Positions 9,009-19,838 of a stretch of DNA of 38,610 bases are shown piece after piece. The notes under the pieces were generated by a model, which searched no databases, was not told the origin of the DNA, and saw only the letters and a program-made list of their open reading frames with translations. Made by a program: the position numbers and the translations under genes. Source of the stretch: Olsenella sp. (lineage in GTDB: Bacteria; Actinomycetota; Coriobacteriia; Coriobacteriales; Atopobiaceae); NCBI GenBank assembly GCA_017941585.1, contig JAGAWD010000174.1, positions 1 through 38,610 on the forward strand. Reading direction: 5' to 3'. Numbering within the stretch: position 1 is the first letter of the stretch; each line of letters starts with the position of its first letter.

Positions 9009-10622
9009 CTAATCCAGGTCAGCGGGTTCGGGGAAGGCGATCTGCTCCTCGAGCGCGTCCTCGGCGAGTCCCAGTGCATCGATTATGTCGCGGGCCATCA
9101 CGCCGTGCGACCCAAAGCGCTCGGCGGCGATGGAACCGGCATAGCCGTGCACCTCGCACGCGAGCGCCGAGAGCACGGGCAGGTCCTCGCAGCCGACGTT
9201 CGAGCGGGCGAGGAACGCGGCGATGACGCCGCCGAGCACGTCGCCCGACCCGGCCGTCGCGAGCGCCGCGGGCCCCGGCTTGGGCAGCACCGCCGCGTCC
9301 ACGTTCACGCAAGCGGTTGCCGATCCCTTGGATACGATGCAGATCTCGCTGCCGCCGTCGGACCACACGATGCGACGGGCGGCTTCCATGGCAGACGTGA
9401 GCGATGCGGGCGGCGTGTCCTGCATCCCCACGAGCCTGCCGAGCTCGCCACGGTGCGGCGTGAGGACGAGCGGGTAGTCGCGGCGGAGCAGCTCGGGGAA
9501 CTCGTCGAGCTTGTTCGCCGTGAGACGGGCGAGGCAGTTGAGCCCGTCGGCATCGATAACGAGCGGGGTCGGACAGTTGAGCAGGCGCGATACGACGCCG
9601 ACCGTACCGCCGCTAACTCGCATGCCGGGACCGACGAGTGTCGCGGTGCGCTTGGCCGAGAGCTTCTCCACGACGTCCGCGGCCGCCGTGGAGAAGGTCC
9701 CGTCGGAATCAGAGGGGAGTCCCATCACGGGAATCTCCGCGAGCTGCGACTGGATGATGGGTGCCACCTGTTCCGGGACGGCCAGCGTGACGTAGCCGGC
9801 GCCGGCGCGCGCCGCGGCCATTGCGGCCATCATGGGCGCGCCCGGAAACCTAAGCGACCCGCCCACAACCAGCACGGAACCCCTCGTAAACTTATCGACC
9901 GCGTTCGAAGGTGGCTCGAGCACGTCGACGTAGTCCTCAAGGTCGGCTCGCCAGGCGACGGGGTCGGCCTCGAGCACGAGGCGCTCGGTCTGCTCCGCGA
10001 GCGGCGCCACGATGATGGCGCCACAGGCGTCGCGACCCATGTCGGCGAGAAGGCCGGGCTTGAGGACGAGCATGGTGACGGTCATGTCGGCGATGACGCA
10101 GCCGCCCTTGGCGAGGCCCGTCTGAGCGGAAAGACCACTCGGCACGTCTACCGATATAACGCGCGCATTCGAGGCGTTGACGCACTCGATCCAGATGTCA
10201 AACGGCGCGCGCGGCTCGCCATGAAAGCCTGTCCCCAGCATCGCATCGAGCACGATGTCGGTATCGGCGAGAAGCGCCTCCACCTCATCCTTGGGAGGGG
10301 CGACGAGCATCTTGACGCCTACCGCCTGGGCGTGCTTCGCCACGACGCGCGCAAGGTCGCTCTGGATGTTGTCGGGATCAACCGGTGTGATCACGGTCAC
10401 ATCGAGCGAACGCTTGAGCAACGACTCCGCAGCGACCCAACCATCTCCGCCGTTGTTGCCGAGGCCGCAGAATATGGCGACCCGCTCGGCGTCGCCCATG
10501 CGAACGACCTCGTTCGCCGCGGCGGTGCCAGCGCGGTGCATGAGCTCAGATATGCTCACGCCAACCTCGGTGAGCCCGCTCTCCACTCGCTTTACGTCCT
10601 CCACATTGAGAACTGGTTGCAT
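9009..10622 (-). CDS. nnr: Bifunctional NAD(P)H-hydrate epimerase/dehydratase (YjeF)
   Basis: GLGNNGGDG, DAMLGTG and DVPSG (epimerase); GPG, IDADGL, LTPHRGE and ATAGSGDVLGG (dehydratase). Start MQPVL after GAGGAG. Confidence 0.94.
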   Translation of the reverse strand: MQPVLNVEDVKRVESGLTEVGVSISELMHRAGTAAANEVVRMGDAERVAIFCGLGNNGGDGWVAAESLLKRSLDVTVITPVDPDNIQSDLARVVAKHAQAVGVKMLVAPPKDEVEALLADTDIVLDAMLGTGFHGEPRAPFDIWIECVNASNARVISVDVPSGLSAQTGLAKGGCVIADMTVTMLVLKPGLLADMGRDACGAIIVAPLAEQTERLVLEADPVAWRADLEDYVDVLEPPSNAVDKFTRGSVLVVGGSLRFPGAPMMAAMAAARAGAGYVTLAVPEQVAPIIQSQLAEIPVMGLPSDSDGTFSTAAADVVEKLSAKRTATLVGPGMRVSGGTVGVVSRLLNCPTPLVIDADGLNCLARLTANKLDEFPELLRRDYPLVLTPHRGELGRLVGMQDTPPASLTSAMEAARRIVWSDGGSEICIVSKGSATACVNVDAAVLPKPGPAALATAGSGDVLGGVIAAFLARSNVGCEDLPVLSALACEVHGYAGSIAAERFGSHGVMARDIIDALGLAEDALEEQIAFPEPADLD

Positions 10623-10629
10623 GCTCGCG

Positions 10630-11199
10630 TCACTCCTCAGTTGCCTCTGCAAGGGGGAGCTCTTCCATCGTCGGGCCCTCCTCGCGACTATCGTCTTCAA
10701 GCGTGTCCATTATGCCGTCCTGGAGGCGCTCGAGCTCGTCGATGACAGACCGAGCCTCCCTAAACGAAGCCTGCATCTCCCTCCGCGGGTCGGGCGTCTC
10801 CTCCTGCCGCGGGCGAACGTCGGCCGTCATGGCGACGGCGTTCGCCACCGCCACCTCGTGCGTACGAGAAAGCGAGAGCGCCACCTCCTGAACGCCCTGA
10901 CCCTCGGCCACCTCGGCCGCCTTTCCCGAGAGGATGGCAAGGGGGCGGCCCTTGTCGTCACTTCCCACGGAGACGTCCTTTATGCCCACGCCCTCGGAGA
11001 AACCCGTGCCGAGCGCCTTGAGAACCGCCTCACGGGCTGCGAAGCGCGCCGCGTAGTGCTCCATCGGCCGCGCCGTCGACTCGCAGTATATCCTCTCGCT
11101 CTCGGTGAACACGCGAGCGAGGAAGGTCGGATGGCGGCGCGCCGCCCGCTCCATCCTCGCTATCTCGAGTATGTCCACGCCCACGCCCGCACGTGCCAC
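10630..11199 (-). CDS. acpS: Holo-ACP synthase with C-terminal acidic extension
   Basis: GVGVDILEI, FTESE, ARFAAREAVLKALGTG, GRP and LSLSRT motifs. GTG start 2 nt after the glmS stop. Confidence 0.92.
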   Translation of the reverse strand: MARAGVGVDILEIARMERAARRHPTFLARVFTESERIYCESTARPMEHYAARFAAREAVLKALGTGFSEGVGIKDVSVGSDDKGRPLAILSGKAAEVAEGQGVQEVALSLSRTHEVAVANAVAMTADVRPRQEETPDPRREMQASFREARSVIDELERLQDGIMDTLEDDSREEGPTMEELPLAEATEE

Positions 11200-11201
11200 G
11201 G

Positions 11202-13049
<1,848 letters not shown>

Positions 13050-13129
13050 ACTCACCCTCCCGATATCGAGGCTCAGATGCCGCCGCGCTCGCGGGGAGCG
13101 GGTCGCTGCCCCACCGACGCGGATGGCCA

Positions 13130-13185
13130 CGATCGATTGACAGCCGCAATCGATCGATAGTTGCAATCGATTTGCAATTCTACCA
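13130..13185 (-). promoter_or_regulatory. Probable glmS promoter (extended -10 TGgTAGAAT) with adjacent ATCGAT-centred operator-like repeats
   Basis: Minus strand reads TGGTAGAATTGCAAATCGATTGCAACTATCGATCGATTGCGGCTGTCAATCGATCG. TAGAAT at 13177-13182; perfect 10-bp inverted repeat 13130-13139/13147-13156. Confidence 0.55.
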
Positions 13186-13478
13186 GCGCATCCCACCTAT
13201 ACGCGCCACGCTTGCAAAAAGACACGCCAGCAGGACAAAAAGCAGCAAACGCAAACGCGCCGAGCAATCGGGCGGAGGGCCTAGGCACGAAACGGACGCG
13301 AGCCGCCCTCCCCCACGACGACCCGGCGCAAAGTGCCGCCGAGTGAACCACTAGAAGGGATTTTGCGGCTGGGTTCGCCGGGCAGCATGGGTTCGCGGCA
13401 CTTGACTCGTAGTGCTTTGTGCCCAAGCCCACCTGGCGGAGACGCACCCCTGCGACGCACCCTGCAAGACTAGGCTAG

Positions 13479-14816
13479 CTACGCCTTGTGAGGCTCCAGC
13501 GCCGCAAGAACGATGTCGTTCGCCTGCGTGCAGAGCGAGTCGTCGGGAGCCTCGGCCAGCACGCGCACGAGCGGCTCAGTGCCACTGGCGCGCACGAGCA
13601 CGCGACCATTGCCCTCGAGGAACTTCTCCGCCTCAGCGATCGCGGCCTTGACCGCGGGGTCCTCCATGGCGGCGTCGCGATCGGCAACGCGAACGTTCAC
13701 GAGCTGCTGCGGGTAGAGCTTGACCGGACGCGTGAGCTCGGAGAGCTTCTCGCGCTCGGCACGCAGCACCTCCATGACGCGCAGGCTCGTCATGATGCCG
13801 TCGCCGGTCTTCTCGAGGTCGCCGAAGATGATGTGGCCCGACTGCTCGCCACCGAGGCTGTAGTCGTTCTCCCTCATGCAGGCGTAGACGTTCTTGTCGC
13901 CCACGGCGGTCGCCTCGTACTTGAGGCCGGCCTCCTCGAGCGCACGCGTGAAGCCGAAGTTGGACATGACGGTGGGGACGACGGTCTGCTTGGCGAGGCG
14001 CCCGTGCTTGTTGAGGTACATGCCGCAGACGTAGAGGATGAGGTCGCCGTCGACCACGTGGCCGCGCTCGTCGACGGCAAGGCAGCGATCTGCGTCGCCG
14101 TCGTAGGCGAAGCCCACGTCGAGGCCGTTCCTCACGACGAGGTCCTGCAGGCGCTCGATATGGGTGGAGCCGCAGTCGACGTTGATGTTGAAGCCGTTGG
14201 GGGCGTTGTTGATCACGTGCGTCTCGGCGCCCATGGCGTCGAACACCGGCTTGGCGACCGACGAGGCCGCGCCGTTGGCGCAGTCGAGGCCGACCTTCAC
14301 GCCCTGCATCGAGAAGCCGCAGGAGGCGATGAGGTGGGCGATGTAGCGGTTGCGGCCCTGCATGTAGTCGACGGTGCAGCCGATGGCGTCCTCCGTGGCG
14401 AGAGGGACCTCCGTCTTGCCGTCTATGTAGTCCTCGATCTTCTCGAGGACGTCTTCGTCCATCTTGTAGCCCTCGGTGTTGACGAGCTTGATCCCGTTGT
14501 CGGTGTAGGGGTTGTGGGAGGCCGTGATCATGATGCCGCAGTCGAAGGCGCCCTCCGCCGTCTCGAAGGCGAGACCAGGCGTGGGAATGACGTGCAGCAT
14601 GTACGCATCGGCACCCGATGCGACGAGCCCGGCGATGAGCGCACTTTCGAACATGTAGCTCGAGCGGCGCGTGTCCTTGCCGATGATGATGCGAGCCTTC
14701 TTGCCCTGGCGCGCGCCGTAGTACCAGCCCACGAAACGGCCGATCTTGAAAGCGTGGTCGACATCAAGGCCTTCGTTAGCCCTTCCGCGAAAGCCGTCGG
14801 TTCCAAAGTATTTCAT
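13479..14816 (-). CDS. glmM: Phosphoglucosamine mutase
   Basis: MKYFGTDGFRG, GKDTRRS, MITASHNP, DGDADR, GGEQSGH and RASGTEPLVRV. Confidence 0.97.
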   Translation of the reverse strand: MKYFGTDGFRGRANEGLDVDHAFKIGRFVGWYYGARQGKKARIIIGKDTRRSSYMFESALIAGLVASGADAYMLHVIPTPGLAFETAEGAFDCGIMITASHNPYTDNGIKLVNTEGYKMDEDVLEKIEDYIDGKTEVPLATEDAIGCTVDYMQGRNRYIAHLIASCGFSMQGVKVGLDCANGAASSVAKPVFDAMGAETHVINNAPNGFNINVDCGSTHIERLQDLVVRNGLDVGFAYDGDADRCLAVDERGHVVDGDLILYVCGMYLNKHGRLAKQTVVPTVMSNFGFTRALEEAGLKYEATAVGDKNVYACMRENDYSLGGEQSGHIIFGDLEKTGDGIMTSLRVMEVLRAEREKLSELTRPVKLYPQQLVNVRVADRDAAMEDPAVKAAIAEAEKFLEGNGRVLVRASGTEPLVRVLAEAPDDSLCTQANDIVLAALEPHKA

Positions 14817-14881
14817 GTCACTCCCCTTGGTTGCGGAAATACCGCCACGTGGATTCTAGGAACGCTACCGTTCACATGTTG

Positions 14882-14922
14882 ACAGAAGGAGGGCCTGCCG
14901 AAAAGAATCGACAGGCCCTCCT
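14882..14922 (-). terminator. Putative terminator after rpsI
   Basis: AGGAGGGCCTG(14887-14897)/CAGGCCCTCCT(14912-14922) inverted repeat just past the rpsI stop, with a weak U tail. Confidence 0.65.
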
Positions 14923-14946
14923 GCAGGTATTCGTGCCCCAAAGGCC

Positions 14947-15342
14947 TTAGCGCTTGGAGAACTGCGGGCGCTTGCGAGCCTTCTTCAGGCCGTACTTCTT
15001 GCGCTCGACCGCGCGGGAGTCGCGCGTGAGGAAGCCGGCCTTCTTGAGGTCGGCGCGGTAGTCGCCGGCGTCGAGAAGAGCGCGGGCGATGCCGAGGCGA
15101 AGGGCGCCGGACTGGCCGGTGATGCCGCCGCCGTCGCAGTTGGCGAAGACGTCGAAGCGGTTGACCGTGTCGGTGACGCGGAAGGGTGCGAGTGCGTTGT
15201 CAATGAGCTGCTGACGGCCAAAGTAGTCGAGGGCGTCGCGGCCATTGATGGTGACCTTGCCGGTGCCGGGCATGAGGCGCACGCGAGCGGTTGCCTCCTT
15301 GCGACGGCCGGTGCCGGTGTAAACAACGGTGTTATCAGCCAT
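14947..15342 (-). CDS. rpsI: 30S ribosomal protein S9
   Basis: [21 protein letters not shown] and [19 protein letters not shown]. Confidence 0.98.
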   Translation of the reverse strand: MADNTVVYTGTGRRKEATARVRLMPGTGKVTINGRDALDYFGRQQLIDNALAPFRVTDTVNRFDVFANCDGGGITGQSGALRLGIARALLDAGDYRADLKKAGFLTRDSRAVERKKYGLKKARKRPQFSKR

Positions 15343-15345
15343 CGG

Positions 15346-15786
15346 TTAAGCCTCCAGATCGATCTTGACGGGGTTCTGAGCGGCATGCGGGTGCTCGGGG
15401 CCAGCGTAGACCTTGAGCTTCATGCCCTGCTGACGACCAAGGGTCGTGTGGGGAAGCATGCCCTTGATGGCGTGCTCGACGACGCGCTCGGGGTGCTTCT
15501 CCATGGCCTCCCTGAAGGACTCGGTCTTGAGGCCGCCGAGGTAGCCAGAGTAACGCCAGTACTCCTTGTGGTCGGCCTTGGTGCCGGTAAGCTGGACCTT
15601 ATCGGCGTTGACGACGACCACGAAGTCACCGGTGTCGGTGTTGGGCGTGTACTGCGGCTTGTTCTTGCCACGAAGAATCATGGCAGCCTTGGTTGCAAGG
15701 CGACCAAGAGTGGCGCCCTCGGCGTCGATGAGGACCCAGTTGCGCTGGACCTCACCCTTCTTGGCGAAATGAGTCGACTTGTTCAC
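15346..15786 (-). CDS. rplM: 50S ribosomal protein L13
   Basis: [30 protein letters not shown] and [11 protein letters not shown] start at 15786 after GGAGGAG. Confidence 0.98.
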   Translation of the reverse strand: MNKSTHFAKKGEVQRNWVLIDAEGATLGRLATKAAMILRGKNKPQYTPNTDTGDFVVVVNADKVQLTGTKADHKEYWRYSGYLGGLKTESFREAMEKHPERVVEHAIKGMLPHTTLGRQQGMKLKVYAGPEHPHAAQNPVKIDLEA

Positions 15787-15816
15787 TTGACTCCTCCATG
15801 TACTTACGAATGAATC

Positions 15817-15866
15817 GCTTTTTCCTGTGAGATTACGGGGCTCAGTGGAAAAGCTGTAAAAGTATA
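15817..15866 (-). promoter_or_regulatory. rplM promoter -10 (TATACT) and L13-leader-like hairpin
   Basis: TATACT at 15861-15866, followed by GCTTTTCC-AC-TGAG-CCCCGTAAT-CTCA-CA-GGAAAAAGC, a stem-loop with a CCCCG loop. Confidence 0.55.
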
Positions 15867-15909
15867 GCGCACCGAGGCCAAAAAGGGCACGGTCACGGTT
15901 TCCACACAC

Positions 15910-15937
15910 AAAAATGGGCGGCTCGCGAGCGACGCCC
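15910..15937 (-). terminator. Intrinsic terminator after patatin gene
   Basis: Minus strand GGGCG-TC-GCTC-GC-GAGC-CGCCC then ATTTTTG, immediately at the stop codon. Confidence 0.6.
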
Positions 15938-16821
15938 TATCTAGCGAGATATGCCCTGATCTCGTCGAGGTGCGCCTCGGCCTCGGCGCGCCCCTGCAGG
16001 TAGAGCGAGAGGCACTTCTCCCCGCTCGATCCGTTCGTGGCGACTTCCACCGGCTTGGGCGGCTCAAGGCAGACGATCTCGCCGCGCTCAGCCATCTCGT
16101 GCACCATCTTGCGACATGCGTTGTAGCGCGCGGAACGCGTCTCGAGGGCCTCAAGGTAGTAAGGGTAGCCGTCGTAGCGGTGCGACCGCAGCACCATGCG
16201 CTCGTTCGCCCCGCTCTTCTCATAGGTGGCGTCCTGGGTGAGGACCACCACGGCCTTTTCCGCCGGGACGTAGCCTTCGACTTCTAACGCGCCATCAAGA
16301 CCCATAGCAACGCCAACGGGAATTGCGTCGGTCGTGCCACCATCGAGAAGGGCGCGCCCACCAAGCTCGACGATGCGCGAGACGAGCGGCATCGAGGCAG
16401 ACGCGCGCACCATCTCCACGTCGTTGGGAAGGGACCTCACATGAAGGTACGCCGGCGTCCCGAACGTGACGTCGGACGCCACCGCGTACATCTGCGTGGG
16501 GTTGGCGTTGAAGGCCTCGGTGTCACAGGGGTCGAGAACGTCCTGGACCTCCCGATACATGAAATCCGCGCCGGCGATATCTCCCGTGGTGGCAAGCGAC
16601 CACAGAGACATGAAGCGACGGTCGTCCCTGAAGGCGAGCATGATGCGCATGGTGCGCCCGATCTGGCGGCTCTTGAAGCTCGAGGCCGCGATGGCCCCAG
16701 CCGAGACGCCCCACACGCTCGAGAAGTCGTAGATTCCGTTTTCCATCAGGACGTCCACGGCACCGGCCGTGAACATCGACCTGAACCCGCCCCCCTCGAG
16801 GACAAGAGCATTGTTCGACAT
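15937..16821 (-). CDS. Patatin-like phospholipase family protein
   Basis: LVLEGGGFRS glycine-rich loop, GVSAG nucleophile motif, ASASMP and DGG catalytic Asp. GGAGG RBS before ATG 16821. Confidence 0.92.
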   Translation of the reverse strand: MSNNALVLEGGGFRSMFTAGAVDVLMENGIYDFSSVWGVSAGAIAASSFKSRQIGRTMRIMLAFRDDRRFMSLWSLATTGDIAGADFMYREVQDVLDPCDTEAFNANPTQMYAVASDVTFGTPAYLHVRSLPNDVEMVRASASMPLVSRIVELGGRALLDGGTTDAIPVGVAMGLDGALEVEGYVPAEKAVVVLTQDATYEKSGANERMVLRSHRYDGYPYYLEALETRSARYNACRKMVHEMAERGEIVCLEPPKPVEVATNGSSGEKCLSLYLQGRAEAEAHLDEIRAYLAR

Positions 16822-17007
16822 AGTTCCTCCCGCATTGTCTGACCAGCAAATGCCTTTATACCCCACATCGGCCCCAAGCGACTCGCGCAATCTCGCTCTT
16901 GGACGAACGTGCCCGTCCGTGTAAGGTGTAGGGGATTGCAAAAAGTGAAACCAAAGCACAAGACGACGATTGCCCCCAGCGGCGGGGGCGAAGGAAAGGA
17001 CGTGCCC

Positions 17008-19617
17008 ATGGAGAGGGAACAGGGTACCCCGCGGCGACTCATCGTGTGGCGCGGACTTATGGCAGACGACGATCGCGCGGTGCGCTGGACGGTCGTCGCG
17101 GTCCTGACGCTGCTCGCGGCCGCCATGGTCGCCACGCAGACGAACTACTTCGTCGTGGGTGACGCCCACCTCATCGCCGTGCTCGCCCCCATAGCGGCGT
17201 GCGCGCTGCTCGTCGGCCCCAAGGCGGCCGTCCTCGTTGGGGCGATTGCGGGAGCCGCCGAGTGGCTGCACGCCACGCTTCTGCCCCTCGACGCCTACGA
17301 GCAGTACTTCTCTACGCCCGTCAACTCGGTGCTGCTCTTCTCGGTCATCGGCCTCGCCATGGGGCTCATGTACGCGGGGGCGTCCAGGAGGGAGTACGAC
17401 AAGAGGTGGAAGGGCGTCCTCTCCCTCGTCGTCGCATGCGCGTTGGGATCCGCCCTCTTTACCGTGCTCTTCACCACGTCAGCAAACATCATCAACTCCC
17501 TCGTGAACGTCGAGATCCCCAGCAAGATCCTAAGCGACCTCACGGGCAACAAGGAGCTCCTCTCGCAGGTGCTCGCCAACTTCGTGCTCATGGCGCTCAT
17601 GGTGCTCGCGGTCGCGGCAATCTGGCAGAAAAGGTCGTCCACCGAGGCGGAGCGCACCCTGGCACACCGCTTCCAGGGCTGGCTCTTCGCCGTCATGTGC
17701 GCGGCATACCTGCTGTGCGCGGCAGGCACCTACACGGTGGTCTCCATCGTATGCCGAAACGCCGCCGAATCCCAGATGCAGGCGCAGATAGACTACCTTT
17801 CGGGCCAGCTTGCCGAGCGCGACGAGCTCATAGACGGCATCCAGCGCCGGGGAGACCTCACCAAGCAGAAGGCAGACGAGCTGCACGCGAGCACCGTCAG
17901 CGGTGTCGCGCTTGGCCTGCCTTTGGGCGAGCGGGGCGTGAGCGCCGTTGCCGAGGACAACGTCGTGGTCTCATCCAACGATGCCTCGCTGGTGGGCCGA
18001 AGCTTTACGGACGTGGTCGGCGCGGGCTTCGTGGGCGGGTTCGACTCGTCCATCTACAACGCCAAGCGCTCCTCCATGTGGCACATGAGCGGCGGCGAGC
18101 TGGGCTATCTGCGCGCCGCGGAGCTTGGCTACCTGCGCATATCGCGCCAGGGCTCCTACGAGATCATGGCGGCGATGCCCCAGTCGGAGGTGTACCAGTG
18201 GCGGCCCGTGATCGTAACGATCGTCTCGGCCGTGTTCCTCGCGCTCTTCGCCGCAGTGTACGCGCAGGCGTCGCTGCTGCTCAAGAACGTCGTCGTCCGC
18301 GACATCGACGAGACGAACAAGGTTCTCGGGCGCATCACGGAAGGCGAGCTCGACCAGAGCGTGAAGGTGCGCGACACGGTGGAGTTCGCGCGCCTCTCCG
18401 ACGGCATCAACGCCACAGTGGGATCGCTGCGCGACGCCATCGCCGACGAGGCCGCGAGAAACGACCGCGACCTCGCCACGGCCAAGGCCATCCAGGAGTC
18501 GGCGCTGCCCAGGTCCTTCCCGCCCTTCCCCGAGGTGGACTCCTTCGACATCTACGCCTCAATGAACGCCGCGCGCGAGGTGGGCGGCGACTTCTACGAC
18601 TTCTTCCTGCTCGACGACGATCGCGTGTGCCTCCTCATCGCGGACGTCTCCGGCAAGGGAATTCCCGCCTCGCTGTTCATGATGGCCGCGAAGACCGAGA
18701 TCTCCAGCAACATCCGGGCGGGCATGGACCTCGGCATTGCCATGCAGACCGCCAACTGGCACCTGTGCCAGGGAAACGACGCCGGCATGTTCGTGACCGT
18801 GTGGGCGGCCGTGCTCGACTACGCCACGGGCGAGCTCACCTACGTGAACGCCGCGCACAACCCGCCGCTCCTGCGCCACGGCGGCAAATGGGAGTGGCTC
18901 AAGGAGCGCTGCGGCCTGTTCCTGGGCACCTTCGAGACGGCCAAGTACCGCGAGGAGCGCATCACGCTGGAGAAGGGAGACGAGCTCTTCCTCTACACCG
19001 ACGGCGTCAACGAGGCCTTCTCCGTGACGGAGGAGCAGTACGGCGACGACCGGCTCGAGGAGTTCCTCTCCGCGCACGCGGACCTGCACCCGCACGCCCT
19101 CGTGGACGCGATGCGCTCCGAGCTTCGCGCTTGGGCCGAGGGCGCCGAGCAGTCCGACGACATCACGATGCTCTCGATCGAGTACGGCGCGCAACCCGAG
19201 GCCACCGGCACGATCACGCTCGACGCCACGACGGACAACCTGGGCGCTGCACTCGGCCTCGTGCGCAGCGAGCTGGCAAGTCGCTACTGCCCCATAACCG
19301 TGCAGCACAAGGTCGACATCGCGCTGGAGGAGCTGTTCGTGAACGTGTGCAGGCACGCGTACGCGGAGCAGGACGAGCCCGGAAAGGTGCAGGTGGACTA
19401 CGTCTTCAACGCCAACCCCAACGCCATCACGGTGAGCCTCACCGACTGGGGCATGCCGTTCGACCCGCTCGCGCACAGCGACCCCACGGCACCGACGTCG
19501 GTCGCCACGGCGCAGATCGGCGGGCTTGGCATCCTCATGGTCAAGAAGAGCACCGACGACCTGAGCTACCTGCGCGACGGCGATGCCAACGTGGTGGTGT
19601 TCCGCTGCTCGTGGTAG
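17008..19617 (+). CDS. Membrane sensor with HAMP, SpoIIE/RsbU-type PP2C phosphatase and C-terminal RsbW-like (HATPase_c) kinase domain; N-terminal region resembles an ECF S-component
   Basis: About 8 hydrophobic helices and a HAMP (RITEGELDQSV..DTVEFARLSDGIN). PP2C motifs VGGDFYD, DVSGKG, YTDG and DDIT. Kinase boxes EELFVNVCRHAY, DWGMPFDP and GGLGI. Start 17008 (AAAGGA RBS) or 17059. Confidence 0.9.
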   Translation: MEREQGTPRRLIVWRGLMADDDRAVRWTVVAVLTLLAAAMVATQTNYFVVGDAHLIAVLAPIAACALLVGPKAAVLVGAIAGAAEWLHATLLPLDAYEQYFSTPVNSVLLFSVIGLAMGLMYAGASRREYDKRWKGVLSLVVACALGSALFTVLFTTSANIINSLVNVEIPSKILSDLTGNKELLSQVLANFVLMALMVLAVAAIWQKRSSTEAERTLAHRFQGWLFAVMCAAYLLCAAGTYTVVSIVCRNAAESQMQAQIDYLSGQLAERDELIDGIQRRGDLTKQKADELHASTVSGVALGLPLGERGVSAVAEDNVVVSSNDASLVGRSFTDVVGAGFVGGFDSSIYNAKRSSMWHMSGGELGYLRAAELGYLRISRQGSYEIMAAMPQSEVYQWRPVIVTIVSAVFLALFAAVYAQASLLLKNVVVRDIDETNKVLGRITEGELDQSVKVRDTVEFARLSDGINATVGSLRDAIADEAARNDRDLATAKAIQESALPRSFPPFPEVDSFDIYASMNAAREVGGDFYDFFLLDDDRVCLLIADVSGKGIPASLFMMAAKTEISSNIRAGMDLGIAMQTANWHLCQGNDAGMFVTVWAAVLDYATGELTYVNAAHNPPLLRHGGKWEWLKERCGLFLGTFETAKYREERITLEKGDELFLYTDGVNEAFSVTEEQYGDDRLEEFLSAHADLHPHALVDAMRSELRAWAEGAEQSDDITMLSIEYGAQPEATGTITLDATTDNLGAALGLVRSELASRYCPITVQHKVDIALEELFVNVCRHAYAEQDEPGKVQVDYVFNANPNAITVSLTDWGMPFDPLAHSDPTAPTSVATAQIGGLGILMVKKSTDDLSYLRDGDANVVVFRCSW

Positions 19618-19700
19618 GGGGCGTCCCTCTGGGGAGCGATCGCACGGGAAGGCCGACGTCGCGCTTTGCACGTGCTGGCGAACGTCCCTTCGCATAGCGA

Positions 19701-19738
19701 GAAGAAACGGGCCGGCGGAGATCAGCTCCGTCGGCCCG
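19701..19738 (-). terminator. Terminator between convergent genes (possibly bidirectional)
   Basis: CGGGCCGGCGGAG-ATCAG-CTCCGTCGGCCCG 13-bp stem (19708-19738) with a TTTCTTC tail on the minus strand. Confidence 0.65.
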
Positions 19739-19838
19739 CGCCGTATGACATTCGAAAGGAACGCTCCCTCGGGCATCGCCGCGGCTAATTTAGCCCGACG
19801 CTAACACCACCCCCGCGCCTCGCGAGGCGGACGTCGGC

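Noticed and set aside
8862-10745. 627-aa plus-strand ORF
   Set aside because: Antisense shadow of nnr.
13441-13465. Short imperfect direct repeat GACGCACCC(C)TGC x2 after glmM
   Set aside because: Only two short copies; probably slippage with no evident function.
13050-13478. Possible glmS ribozyme in the 430-nt glmM-glmS spacer
   Set aside because: No AGCGCC..GACGAGG core found on the minus strand.
13488-14882. 464-aa plus-strand ORF
   Set aside because: Antisense shadow of glmM.
17199-19697. 832-aa plus-strand ORF overlapping the phosphatase gene in another frame
   Set aside because: Arg/Pro/Gly-rich off-frame product of GC3 bias, with no motifs.
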